DNA of 64,000 bases from Squalus acanthias (GCA_030390025.1 CM059432.1:147810001-147874000), one strand, 5' to 3'; shown: positions 12,373 through 25,084, counted from the first letter of the stretch. Notes: generated from the sequence alone by a model not told the origin. Program-made: numbers and translations.

Positions 12373-12829
12373 GTGGTCTGAGCAGAACCCTTGAAGTCAG
12401 AAGCAAGGCCTTCTCCACTTGCATCACCACTCCCCGTCACCTCACCAACTTTAAACAACTCTAGAAAGCTCCAAACACTTCCACAAACTTACACAGAGCC
12501 AGTAGAAATCAATCAGCAACTCACCTGAGAGTAGTTGCTGATCCCTTTAAACATCGCTGGTGGGGGGGGGCCTTGCTGCTGCTGCGAGGTTAAGACAGGG
12601 TGTTAGCTCCAGTGTTGAGAACAAAAATGGCAGCGTGTGGTTCAAATCAGCGTTGCATTCCGATTGGCGTCATGATCCGCCCACACAACATACTTCCATG
12701 CACGCTGCTAACACACGTCCTACTGCACTCACCAGAAGTGGGCATGCAGCAATTGACGTCATTTTCGTCACCAAACGGCACCCATAGCACCGAAATATTG
12801 GGTGCTACGGAGCCGAAATTCTAGCTCTA

Positions 12830-13317
12830 TGGCGTGAAATTCGGTTACATCCCATTTGGGGGTGGTAACCGAATTAGTGCCAGACATTTAGCGCCCGGCA
12901 CGGAAGTACCGCCCTGCCCGCTAAATTCGGCTTACTGCGCCGGAGAGGAAGTGGAGCGTTATCTCGGGCGCTCCACTTCCTCTCGGGGCGGTGTCGGGGG
13001 CGCAAAGCGCTCGAACGCCGGAGCGCTACGCGGCCGCTCCACGTAGCGCTGACGCGTTTCACCGCCCCTCCCCTTCCGTTAAATGGGAGGGACGCTGCGA
13101 GCTCTGCAGGGCCTCCGATGGCCCACACTAGCCCACCAGGGCAGCGTGATGCCATGGCCGCAGCCTGGCATCTCAGCAGCACCCGCGGAATTTCTCGGGA
13201 GGTGCTAATATCGCCCCACCCCCCTCCCCCCCACCCCCCGGGCAATAAGCCCTTTGCGCCTCGTTAGCGCCCCCGGAGGTGTTAACGGCAGGCGCAAAGG
13301 AGCCGAATTTCACCCCC
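12830..13317. mobile_element. GC/CpG-rich Harbinger-type MITE inserted at the right edge of the 8861-12827 element
   Basis: 13-bp TIRs TGGCGTGAAATTC and GAATTTCACCCCC; TSD CTA (12827-12829, 13318-13320); TTAGCGCC subterminal motifs. Confidence 0.85.
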
Positions 13318-13694
13318 CTAAGTCTCTTATCTTATTGTTCAAATAGAGAGTGCCTGAGGCTACACTCCAACGAGTCATGTACTTACCAGTCATGTGTGTA
13401 GTTCATTCTCACTGCTCTTATATTAATTCTAACTAATGTTTTACATTCTACCCATGCTAACCTGTATTGCCTGTTTTTAATTTCAAAATCTTTCCCTTAT
13501 ATTTTTCTCTTCCTTCCAACTCCCACCGTCCATTTTAGGGCAGGAGCAACTTTTTTAATAAAATTGACATTTGTCCAACTAGACACTGGCTCCAAAGAAC
13601 TGCCGATGATTTGGTCACATCTTAGATATTATTCTAGTAGCTTATGTTGCTCACGGTGGGCCGGGTTACACACTGAGCAGGTTCATTCAGCAAC

Positions 13695-13915
13695 AACCAA
13701 TTGCATTTATATAGCACCTTTAACTTAGTAAAAGGTCCCAAAACGCTTCACAGGAACGTTACAGAAAAATTGACAGCGAACCAAAGAAGGAGATAGTAGG
13801 ACGGGTGAGCAAATTTTGGCCAAAGAGGTAGGTTTTAAAGCATGTCTTTAAGGAGGAGAGAGAGGTGGAGAGGCTAAGAAGTTTAGGGAGGGATTTCCAG
13901 ATTTAGGGCCTGGAC
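13695..13915 (-). mobile_element. L2 LINE 3' fragment
   Basis: TTGCATTTATATAGCACCTTTAAC..AAAGAGGTAGGTTTTAAAG..AGGGAGGGATTTCCAGA resembles an L2 3' end. Confidence 0.65.
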
Positions 13916-13978
13916 ACAGGAACATGAGTAGGCCCATTCAGCCTATTGAGCCATTCAATTCGATCATGGCTGATCTGT

Positions 13979-14275
13979 CGCGGTGAGTGGAGTCGGAGCT
14001 CTGGCTTTGAATTCTGGGTTGACATCCGGTGGGATACGCTCATCCGGTGGGTGTGGGTGCCCCCCCCCCTCCACATCGTATGGGTTGTGGGAGCCCATAA
14101 AATCCTCCCGCCGTATAGGACCAACCACCCTATCGGCTGGTATAAAGATGGCTATACCCATGGAAGGAGTGTTAACGCAGCCAATCAGACTGTTAATCAG
14201 CCTGCGAATCTTTCCATTACTTCACACTGTTCCCCAAAGGGAAAAGCGAGAAGACACGAGGAGGAGAAGAAGAAC
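13979..14275 (+). mobile_element. ~300-bp short retroposon (SINE-like, GAA/GAG tail) with 11-bp TSD
   Basis: TSD GGCTGATCTGT at 13968-13978 and 14276-14286; 3' end GAGGAGGAGAAGAAGAA; weak B-box-like GGGTTGACATCC near the 5' end. Confidence 0.65.
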
Positions 14276-14471
14276 GGCTGATCTGTATCTTAACTCCACT
14301 TACCCACCTTGGTTCCATATCCCTTAACACCCTTACCTAACAAAAATCTATCAGTTTTGAAATTTTCAATTGACCTAGCCTGAACAGCTATTTGGCGGAG
14401 AGAGTTCCAGATTTTCACTAGCTTTTTTGGGAAGAATTGCTTCCTGACATCACCCCTGAATAGCCTGTCTA

Positions 14472-17400
14472 TAAGAACATAAGAAATAGGAGCAGGAGCA
14501 GGCCAATCGGCCCCTCGAGCCTGCTCCACCATTCAATAAGATCATGGCTGATCATTGACCTCAACGCCACTTTTTCGCCCGATCCCCATATCCCTCGATT
14601 CCCCCCTAGAGTCCAAAAATCTATCGATCACAGCCTTCAATATACTCAAAGACTCAGCATCCACAGCCCTCTGGGGCAGAGAATTCCAAAGATTCACAAA
14701 CCTCTGAGTGAAGAAATTCCTCCTCATCTCAGTCTTAAATGGATTACCCCTTATCCCGAGACTATGCCCCTTAGTTCTAGACACTCCAGCCAGGGGGGAA
14801 ACAACCTCTCAGCATCAACCCTTCAATCCCCTTCAGAATCTTGTATGTTTCAATGAGATCACCTCTCATTCTTCTATTCTCCAGAGAGAATAGGCCCAAT
14901 CTACTCAATCTCTCCTCATAGGACAGCCCTCTCATCCCAGGAATCAATCCAGTGAACCTTCGTTGCACCGCCTCCAAGGCAAGTATATCCTTCCTCAGAT
15001 AAGGAGACCAAAACTGTGCACAGTACTCCAGGTGTGGTCTCACCAAGGCCCTGTACAATTGTAGCAAGACTTCCTTACTCTTATACTCCAACCCCCTTGA
15101 AATAAAGGCCAACATGCCATTTGCCTTCCTTATTGCTTGCTGTACCTGCATGCTAACTTTCTGTGTTTCTTGCACGAGGACACCCAAATCTCTCTGAACA
15201 CCAACATTTGAAAGTTTCTCATCATTTAAAAATATTCTGCTTTTCTATTCTTCCTCCCAAAGTGAATAACCTCACATTTCCCTACATTATACTCCATCTG
15301 CCACCTTACTGCTCACTCACTTAGTCTATCTATATCCCTTTGCAGACTCTTTGTGTTCTCCTCACAGCTTATTGTCCCACCTAGCTTTGTATCATCAGCA
15401 AACTTGGATACATTACACTCGATCCCTTCATCTAGGTCATTAATATAGATTGTAGTTAGCTGAGGCCCCAACACTGATCCTTGCAGCACCCCACTAGTTA
15501 CAGCCTGCCAACCTGATAAAGATTTGTTTATCCCTACTCTCTGTTTTCTGTCCGTTAACCAATCCTCTATCCATGCTACTATGTTACCCCCAACCCCATG
15601 AGCCCTAATCTTGTTTAATAACCTTTTATGTGGCACCTTATCGAATGCCTTTTGGAAATCCAAATATACTACATCCACCGATTCCCCTTTATCTACCCTG
15701 CTAGTTACATCCTCAAACTCTAATAAATTTGTCAAACACGATTTCCCTTTCATAAAACCATGTTGACTCTGCCTAATCATGCTATGATTTTCTAAGTGCC
15801 CTGATACCACTTCCTGATACCAATGGATTCCAGCATTTTCCTGACGACTGATGTCAGGCTAACTGGCCCGTAGTTTCCTGTTTTTTCTCTCCCTCCTTTC
15901 TTGAATAGCGGTGTTACACTTGCGACCTTCCAATCCGCTGGGACCATTCTAGAATCTAGGGAATTTTGGAAGATCAAAACCAATACATCCACCTCTTTTA
16001 GAACCCTAGGATGTAGGCCGTCAGTTCCAGAGGATTTGTTGGCTTTTAGTCCCATTAGTTTCTCTGGTACTTTTTCTCTACTGATATTAATTATGTTATG
16101 TTCCTCACCCTCATTAGACCCTTGGGGGGAAAAATTCAGTTGGTTGTGCCTCCCGTTAGCGCCTTAAGAGGGCACTAACGGGGCGCAAAGCATCTAGCGC
16201 CCAGGCGCGGCGAAGTTTGCGCCGCTCGCGAAATTAACTAGACATTTTGCGGCGGCGCTAAACACTACCGCCACGATCTCCTGCGCCGGCAGATCGTGAC
16301 GTCAGTCGAGTGCGCAACGCCCCGGTATCGCCCCGGAGCGGATATTGAGTGGCGCCCCCTGCCTTACCGCCTGACGCTAGAAACGACAGGTTGAGGGGAG
16401 CGTTCTGCAGTCATGAAGGGAAAGGGGGAGCGCTATTTAAAGGTGACCGCTTCCTGCCTTTTATTGTTGGTGCCATTTTTGAACTATGCATTCTGAGCGA
16501 GAGAGAGAGAGACTTCTGGAGAGATTCAATGTTGTGTGAAGGAGTTTTGGGTACTGAGCAGCACTTTGCAGGTTCATTTTGATTTGCCATTCCTTGTATC
16601 GATTTAGAAGAGACTGTGGGGGCTGCACTCTGAGCTCTTTGCCTGGTACTCTCCATTGATCTTTCCAGCAGATTTGATGTGCAGGTCTCCGGGCCGAGAT
16701 TCAAGGCTGCAATGAGCAGGATGTGGATGGAAAGCAAGATTAACCATCCCCTTTAAGAACTGGCCCGTGTCATTGTGTATGTGTTCCATTGTTGACTGAC
16801 ATTACATGAGCTTCGCCAGCGCTCTGAGGTAGCGCCTCGCTCCTCGGCCTTTGCGCCTTAAGACAGGTGTGAAGCGCCTGATTTAGCGCTGCAATCACCT
16901 CCAGGGGCGATAAAAGTCAAGTTTGCAGTCGGTGGCGATAATTAGCGCCAGGCGCTAATCTTTGCGACCGGCCGATAATTGCGCCCCAAATGGGGCGATA
17001 CTGAATTTCTCCCCCTTGGTTCCCCACCATTTTTGGTATGCTTTTTGTGTCTTCTACTGTGAAGACAGATACAAAATATTTGTTTAACGTTTCAGCTATT
17101 TCCTTATTCCCCATAATTTCTCCTGTCTCAGCCTCTGAGGGACCAATGTTTACTTTTGCTACTCTCTTCCTTTTTACATACTTGTAGAAGCTCTTACAAT
17201 CTGCTTTTATAATACTTGCTAGTTTTCTCTCATTCTATTTTTTCCCTTTTTTCAAATTTTTGGTCAACCTTTGCTGGTTTCTTAAACTCTCTCAATCCTC
17301 AGGCTTACTATTATTCTTTGCAACATTATAAGCTTCTTCTTTCAATCTAATGCTATCCTTAACTTCTTTAGTTAGCCACGGTTGGATCACTTTTCCCGTG

Positions 17401-17893
17401 GAGTTTTAGTTTCTAAATGGAATGTATTTTTGTTGAGAATTATGAAATATTTCTTTAAATGCTAGCCACTGCTTATCTACCACCATGCCTTTTAATCTAT
17501 TTTTCCAATTTACCTTAGCCAACTCGCCCCTCATACCTCTGTAATTGGCTTTATTTAAGTTTAAGACTCTAGTTTCGGACTTAGGCAAGTCACTCTCAAA
17601 ATTAATGTGAAATTCTATCATATTATGATCACTCTGCCCCAGAGGATCCTTTACTATGAGATTGCTAATTAACCCAGTCTCATTACACAATACAAGACCT
17701 AAAATAGTCTGTTCCCTGATTGGTTCCATGATATATTGTTCTAGGAAACTGTCCCGAATGCATTCCATGAACTCGTCCTCCAGACTACCTTTGCCAATTT
17801 GATTTGTCCCGTCTATATGAAGATTAAAGTCCCCCAAGATTATTGCATAACCTTTGTTGCAAGCTCCTACTATTTTTTGATTAATATTCTGTC
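14472..17893 (-). mobile_element. CR1 LINE, 5'-truncated within APE, frameshifted; contains MITE 16125-17015
   Basis: GDFNLHID..; [45 protein letters not shown]; (CATAAGAA) tail at 14472. Confidence 0.95.
16125..17015. mobile_element. Harbinger-type MITE nested in a CR1
   Basis: TIRs GGGGGAAAAATTCAG and CTGAATTTCTCCCCC; TSD TTG (16122-16124, 17016-17018); host CR1 resumes exactly. Confidence 0.92.
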
Positions 17894-18439
17894 CAACGGT
17901 GTAATTTTAAGGTTATGCCCCTTTTGTTCTGGACTACCCCACCAGAGGAAATAGTTTCTCTCTATCGACCTTATCAACTCCTTTAATCATCTTAAACACC
18001 TCCATTAGTTCACCCCTTAATCTTCTATACACAAGGGAATACAAGCCGAGTATATTCAATTTGTACTCATAATTTAACCCTTTTAGCCCCAATATTATTC
18101 TGAAGAATTGCATCCTGTACAAGGCCAATATATCTTCCTGAGGTGCAGTGCCCAGAACTGAACACAGTACTCGAAATGGGTCCAAACAGAGATTTATTTA
18201 ACTGTGGCATAAATTCCACCCCCTTGTATTCCAACATCATTGAGATAAAGGCGAATATTCCATTGGCCTTATTAGTTATTTTTGTACCTCTCCACTGGCT
18301 TTCAGTGATTTCTGTACATGGACCCTAAATCTTTCTGATCCTCATAGTAAAGGATCCTCTGGGAAAGAGTGATCATAATATGATAGAATTTCACGTTGGG
18401 TTTCAGAGTGAAATACTTAAGTACAAAACTAGAGTCTTA

Positions 18440-19280
18440 GGGCTGGATTTTGTGAATGGAGATGAGTTGGAGGCGGGACTGCTGCTTGTTGTGTCAATGT
18501 CCCGCCTCCATCCTCTTCTGACCAACAGACGGATTTTCCCTGATTGACCTTGTTAAGCCCGCCCTGCGGACTTAGCAGGCCAATTAGGGAGGAAGTCACT
18601 GAAAGAGCACGTCACCGTCAGACGTGCTATCTGTCAAGACTTCTTGAAAGAAGAAAGGTCAGCGTTTGACAGCTCTGTGAAGCTGTCAAACACTGACATT
18701 CTCTAGTTTGATGAGACCTTGTGTTCAGGACTCATCAAACCTTTCAACTTTGTCGATTTCACATAGCTGTTGGTTCGGAGGATCCAACAGCCAGTCTGTG
18801 AAATCGACAAGGAGGATGTCGGGTCTCCCGATCCAGAGGGGATGAAGGCTGTAGGAAGAAAACAAGGTAAGTGAACATTTTTTACACTTATCACTCGCCT
18901 TACATACTTACCACTCCACACTTGCACCCATCACTCACCTCTACACCTTACTTCCAGGTGCCTCCGACCGCCGCAGACCTCCTCCACATCTCCTCCAACC
19001 CAGCGGGGTTCTCCGAGGTCAGGAAGCCTTCACCTGTGAAGGTAAAATGGCACTAATCCTTTTTTCTGCCTGTTAACTACCTGTTATCAGGCAGTTAAAA
19101 GGATTAAATGCCTTTCCCGCCTCCAGGAGACAGGACCCGAAGCAGCACATCTTCCCGCCTCCTGGCAAAAGAGCACGGAGGCGGGATGGGGGCGAGTTTG
19201 CCATCCACCCCCACTTTCTGCTACTTTACCAGCAGTCCCACCTCCATGCCCGCCTCCTCGGGGCTTGGAAAATCCAGCCC
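18440..19280. mobile_element. Harbinger-type MITE with canonical TTA TSD
   Basis: Perfect 12-bp TIR GGGCTGGATTTT / AAAATCCAGCCC; TTA at 18437-18439 and 19281-19283; same family as 32600-33445. Confidence 0.93.
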
Positions 19281-20467
19281 TTAAACTTAAATAAAGCCAA
19301 TTACATAGGTATGAGGGGTGAGTTGGCTAAGGTAGTTTGGGAAATTAGATTAAAAGGTTTGACGGTAGATAAGCAGTGGCAAACATTTAAAGAAATATTC
19401 CAAAATTCTCATTCCATTGAGAAATAAAAACTCCATGGGAAAAGTGATCCATCCATGGCTAACTAAAGAAGTTAAGGATACTATTAGATTAAAAGAAGAA
19501 GCTTATAATGTTGTGAAGAATAATAGTAAGCCTGAGGTTTGGCAGAGCTTTAGAAACTGGCAAAGGATGACCAAAAACTTGAAAAAAGAGTGAAAATAGA
19601 ATGAGTACACTAGCAAGAAACATAAAAAAAATTGTTAGAGCTTCTTCAAGTATGTAAAAAGGAAGAGAGTAGCAAAATTAAATGTTGCCCCCTTAGAGGC
19701 TGAGAAAGGAGAAATTATAATGGGGAATAAGGAAATGCCAGAAACTTTAAACAAATATTTTGTATCTGTCTTCACAGTAGAAGACACAAATAGCAGAAAA
19801 TGGTGGGGAACCAAGGGGCTAATCAGGATGAGGAACTTAAAGTAATGACTATCAGTAGAGAAAAAGTACTCGAGAAAGTATTGGGACTAAAAGCTGACAA
19901 ATCCCCTGGACCTGACGACCTACATGCTAGGGTTCTAAAAGAGGTGGCTGCAGAGATAGTGGATGCATTGGTTGTGAGTTTCCAAAATTCCCTAGATTCT
20001 GGAATGGTCCCAGCAGAGTGGAAGGTAGCAAATCTAACCCTGCTATTCAAGAAAGGAGGGAGAGAGAAAACAGGGAACTACGGGCCAGTTAGCCTGACAT
20101 CAGTCATCGGGAAAATGCTGGAATCTATTATTAAGGAAGTGGTATCAGGGCACTTAGAAAATCACAATATGATTAGGCAGAGTCAACAGGCTCGATTTTG
20201 CCATTGGGGTCGGGCTGGAGCGTGTCAGGTGGTTTTCGTGTCAGGACCCCGACTCCGATGTGAAGTGGGAAAAAAGTGCGATTTTCCCCTAATTGGGCAC
20301 TTGATTTCCAGCGTGTGGGAACCCCTGGCCCAATTAGTCTTTCCATCCTGAAAGTCGCCTCCGATGGCGTCATCAGTGCTGCTGGATTTAAGGCCTGCAA
20401 GCAGCCTTGCTTCTTCTGGAGACTGGAAACGCTTTGGACATTGTATAAAGGACTTCATTTACCGACC

Positions 20468-21740
20468 ATGTCCACCAGCAAGCAAAAGTGTGCACCTCGC
20501 TTTGATGAGCCCTCCCTCCAAGCTCTAGTGCAGGGAGCAAGATCTAATAAGGAGGTGCTCTTCCCTTCCTCAGGGAGAAAAAAGCCACCCCAGCAGACTA
20601 AAGCTGTGTGGCTGCAAGTGACCCAGGAGGTCAATGCCATCTCTATGTGCCGCAGAACCTGGCTGCAGTGCAGGAAGAGGTTTCATGACCTTCTCCGCAC
20701 AGGAAAAGTGAGTATGACTTTCTCATCACCCTCAATCTCATCCCCATCGCCTCTCCTCACCAGCACTCTGCTTTGCCAACCTCTTCCTTCACATCCCACT
20801 TGACACTGACATCCCTGCACCCTTACCCATTTCCTCTCTCTCTATGGTCACATTCACTTAACTATTTGATCATGCAGCCCTCACACTCCCTATCACTGTG
20901 ACGCAATGACTACAACTTACAACACACAGGGAAGACCCTTTGTCTCCTTCTAAGCATCTATGCTATGGATTCTCTACACTCACTCCTTCATTCTCACTCA
21001 AACTCCACTTGTGTCCCTCATTGCAGGAAAAGAGAGCCCACAATAAGAGGGAAAGAGCGAGGACAGGAAGAGGGCCACCCTCAGTCGCCCAGCTCACCAC
21101 CTCGGAGGAGGCAGCCCTGGAAATTGCCGGGATCGAGGAGGATTCCCAAGTGAGGGACGGACACGCGGGTGCATCACAGCAAGCTGGTGACAGAATAGTT
21201 TGGCATCTCTCTCATTGACATTGCATGAGTGACTGATAATGATTCTAATGCTCTAACAGATTGACTTATGATCATCTGCACAATTCAATGTGCATGCAAC
21301 CTTTACCTCACATCTCTAACTCTTTCCTTTACTCCCCCACAGGACCATCGAGAGCCCCCATCCCCACTGTCCAGGAGGAAGAGCCTGAGCTTCCAGACTC
21401 CTCAGAGGAAGCTGCAACCTCTGAGGACACTCCGTTAGCAGAATTAAGTGCACCCTGCGCCAGCGCAGACACTCACACCTCGGTGGGACCTTCGGGACAT
21501 AGAGTAGAGTTGTCACCTGGTGTATCACAACTCATAAGTGAGCATCAGCAGATGGTGGAGACAGGGACAGCAGTGGAGAGTCCTCGTCGGAGGGCGCAGG
21601 ACTCTGCCAGCTTGGCTCAGCTGCATGTCGACCCTGTGCCTCCGGGTCCATCCAGAAGGAGAGCGGTGCTGGAACTCCAGGAACAGGTGCAGGAGACTCT
21701 GGCAGGTTTTGTCTCCAGGGTCGCTGCGAGTGTGGAGTGA
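20468..21740 (+). CDS. Spliced Harbinger Myb/SANT-like protein, predicted 265 aa (exons 20468-20707, 21027-21186, 21343-21740)
   Basis: MSTSKQKCAPRFDEPSLQALV..WLQVTQEVNA..RTWLQCRKRFHDLLRTGK|EKRAHNKRER..|GPSRAP..; GT-AG junctions in phase. The stop at 21738 looks premature relative to the paralog at 2389-3182. Confidence 0.7.
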
Positions 21741-22095
21741 ATGGAGGAGTCCATCGCTAACATGAGCAGAGCCTTTGTGGAGGCGTTGGCGCATGAACGC
21801 ATCACCACGGAAAGGATGGCAACCTCCATGGTAAGGCTGGCTACCATAGTCACTTGGGTGTAATGTTGTGTTTAATTTTGAAAAGCCATCAGTTGCTTAT
21901 TGTCATAAAAAATTCTGATGGCAAACTGTTGCAGTTGTTGCGTGTATCATTTCGCTAATGGGACTTCCACATTGAGGGCTTAGGGCGACTTGCAATTGTC
22001 AGTATGGTGGTCAGAGTGATAGGAATCCGCAGGTTCTTGGCCATTGTCGATGGTCTGATAAGAAGGTGCGAGGCAAAAGTGTTTGATTGTGCAGG

Positions 22096-22308
22096 CTAAG
22101 CAAATCTGGCCAAGATGAGTGTGTCCCTTGCATATGTCGCGCGCTGGCGCCTTCTGGCCTGTGCAGCTTCAGGTGGGTGAGCAGCAGCTTGGCGCTCCTG
22201 TTGTTGCTGCTGCTGTTGGTGGTGCTGTTGTTCATGGTTCTGCTGCTGCCACGGCTGGTCTTCGTCCGAATCTGATGTCCAGGAGGAAAGGAAATAAATG
22301 GTTCCCAT
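22096..22308 (-). pseudogene. Remnant of Harbinger nuclease: N-terminus fused in frame to extreme C-terminus
   Basis: MGTIYFLSSWTSDSDEDQ..polyQ..ARRRQRATY + ARDTLILARFA*; convergent to the Myb gene; no DDE core. Confidence 0.6.
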
Positions 22309-24109
22309 GCTCCTGGTATATGCCTCAGTTGAGGAAGCGCTCAGCCAAGGTGGGAGAGGGGTTACCCAGTAGGTCACACTGGAGATGGGTGTCAGGTTCC
22401 AAACTTCCACAACAATGGGTATGCCTCCTAAAAGTTCCCCCAGACCTGAGACAACAAAGTTCTGCCACGTGCAAATGATGATTGCTGAAAACTCCTTTTT
22501 AATGGTGGAGCTGCAGCTGTTAGTAAGCATTCCACTTGTGAGGCCGCAAGGATTCACTGGCATGTTCCAGAGGAGACGTGCAGGATGTGGGAAAAGTGGT
22601 AAAATCAGAAAGGCCTCTCAAAATGGGATTATAGAGGCACTTAACTGGTTGTTAAGGGCCTATCCCGCCTCTTGGAGGCGGGATGGAAACGGGGTCAGAA
22701 AACACGCATTTGGGAAAATTGCATGGAGGCGGGATCGGGCCCACTCGCCATTTTTTGCGAGTTTACCACCTCACACGCCTCCAATCCCGCCTCCTCGGGC
22801 CTGGCAAAATCGAGCCCAACATGTTTCATAAAAGGGAAATCATGTTTAACATATTTATTGGAGTTTTTTGAGGATGTAACTAGCAGGGTAGATAAAGGGG
22901 AATCAGTGGATGTCGTATATTTGGAGTTCCAAAAGGCATTTGATAAGGTGCCACATAAAAGGTTGCTACAGAAGATAAGGGCTCATGGGGTTGGGGGTAA
23001 TATATTAGCATGGATAGAGGATTGGTTAACCAACAGGAAACAGAGAGTAGGGATAAACGGGTTATTTTCCGGTTGGCAGGCTGTAACTAGTGGGGTGCCG
23101 CAAGAATCAGTGCTTGGGCATCAGCTATTTACAATCTATTTTAATGACTTAGATGAAGGGACCGAGTGTAATGTATCCAAGTTTGCTGACGATGCAAAGC
23201 TAGGTGGGAAAGTAATCGGTGACGAGGACACAAAGAGCCTTCAAAGGGTTAAGACAGGTTAAGTGAGTGGGCAATAAGGTGGCAGATGGAGTATAAAGTG
23301 GGGCAATGTGAGGTTAATCACTTTGGTATGCAGAATAGAAAAACAGAATATTTTTTTAAATGGTGAGAAACTATTAAATGTTGGTGTTCAGAGAGATTTA
23401 TGTGTCCTCGTACAGGAAACACAGAGTTAGCATGCAGGTGCAGCAAGCAATAAGGAAGGCAAATGGCATGTTGGCTTTTATTGCAAGGGGGTTGGAGTAC
23501 AATAGTAAGGAAGTCTTGCTACAATTGTACAGGGCTTTGGTGAGAACACACCTGGAGTACTGTGCACGGTTTTGGTCTCCTTATCTGAGGAAGGATGTAC
23601 TTGCCTTCGAGGCGGTACAACAAAGGTTCACTAGATTGATTCCTGAGATGAGAGGGTTGTCCTATGAGGAGTGGTTGAGTAGATTGGACCAATACTCTCT
23701 TGTGTTTAGAAGAATGAAAGGTGATCTCATTGAAACATACAAGATTCTGAGGGGGATTGACAGGGTAGATGCTGAGAGGTTGTTTCCCCGGGCTGGAGAA
23801 TCTAGAACTAGGGGGCATAGTCTCAGGATAAGGGGTCGGCCATTTAAGACTGAGATGAGGAGGAATTTCTTCACTCAGAAGGTTGCGACTATTTGGAATT
23901 CTCTACCCCAAAGGGCTGTGGATGCTGAGTCGTTGAGTATATTCAAAGCTGAGATAAATAGATTTTTAGACTCTAGGGGAACCAAGGGATAGGGAGATCG
24001 GGCAGGAAAGTGGAGTTGAGGTTGAAGATCAGCCATGATCTTATTGAATAGTGGCGCAGGCTCAAGGGGCTGTTTGGCCTACACCTGCTCCTAATTCTTG
24101 TGTTCTGGT

Positions 24110-24574
24110 GTTCTTGACCTCCACGGCTATCTACTCCCACTGCCTCTTGACCATGTGTCTGGAGGGTCTCCTGGCCCTCTGCGGATACAGGCCATCTCTC
24201 CTCCTTTCCACCTCTTCCACCAGTGCAGCATTGGAAAAAATTGGAGCCCGCTCTCTCCCATTTTGCACCATTCTTCACTATTTCCCAGGTCAGATTCACT
24301 GCCTGCATGATTCCCAGCACCTGCTCCAGCCACAACACACCTCCCGTTTAAAAGGTGCAGGCTAGCTTTAAGAAGTGCTAGGAAGTTGTGATTTTGGGCC
24401 TCCTGCTGATGCGTGCAGCTAATGAACAGCATGGTTAGCACTGGCTGCACAGAGAAATCATGCTAATAAGCAACAACATGAAGTTGGTGAGTTGCCTGCA
24501 TTTCAAACAACGGGTGTGGGTTAATTGCGCATCGCGATCACCGCACCATTTCCGGGGGCAATCCAATTTTGCCC
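24110..24574 (-). mobile_element. Harbinger left end with decayed Myb exon 1 (family of 8861)
   Basis: Reverse complement GGGCAAAATTGGATTGCCCCCGGAAATGGTGCGGTGATCGCG matches the 8861 left end; RERAPIFSNAALVEEV remnant. Confidence 0.75.
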
Positions 24575-25084
24575 TCCCAATGTTATAATCAGGAAGTGCC
24601 TGAAGGGAAAGTGGCAGGGGAGGGGTTATATTAGGATTGAGGCCAGGACAGCAGCAATGAAAGTTAGGGTTGGTGTGTTTTGGTTGAAAGAAAGAGAAGG
24701 AGCATCCATGAATGTCCAGCGGTTGCCCAAAGGCTCAGGGAGCTTTTTGGGCCAATAGTCTTGTCCTTTGTGCCATGGGGACATTTATTCTACTGCCACA
24801 AAGCACCAGATCTCCGTCCTTTCAAGTTTTCCTTGGACTTCCAGGACTTCCCCTGAAGTGGGACAATGTGCTTGTACCTGTAATAGGTGGTGGCGTATGG
24901 CTGAATTGTTAATGAGCTGGGGGAGGGGCACTGCCAGCCCTTCCGCCTCATTTGTTGTTCATTCATGCCGCAGTGCACTCATTTTGATGAGGATCCAGGA
25001 GAAGTAGGTTTTATTCTGTGAGCTGAGAAATCCCCCTCTCCGATCCCAGTAGTCCACTTTCCTCCCCTGCTTTCAGGTAAACAC

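Larger units (their letters stand above)
8861..12827. mobile_element. Near full-length PIF/Harbinger DNA transposon (~4 kb), inactive
   Basis: TIRs GGGCTAAAAATTC and GAAATTCTAGCTC; convergent Myb/SANT (+) and DDE nuclease (-) genes. Flanks (ATA vs TAA) do not form a clean TSD. Confidence 0.92.
13916..18345 (-). mobile_element. Older CR1 3' fragment split by a SINE-like insert and a younger CR1 (pieces 13916-13978, 14276-14471, ~17894-18345)
   Basis: CR1 RT C-terminus and 3' UTR read continuously across the inserts (..CCCCTGAATAGCCTGTCTA / TAATTTTAAGGTTATGCCCC..). Confidence 0.8.
20188..22817. mobile_element. Non-autonomous Harbinger: Myb/SANT gene retained, nuclease internally deleted
   Basis: TIRs AGGCTCGATTTTGCCA and TGGCAAAATCGAGCCC; TSD AAC (20185-20187, 22818-22820); host CR1 continuous (QSQHG). 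Confidence 0.93.
18350..24105 (+). mobile_element. CR1 LINE, 5'-truncated, interrupted by MITE 18440-19280 and Harbinger 20188-22817
   Basis: LKADKSPGPDDLHARVLKE..; KGKSCLTYLLEFFEDVT..KFADDAK; RT C-terminus 23378-23992; 3' UTR to ~24105. Confidence 0.95.
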
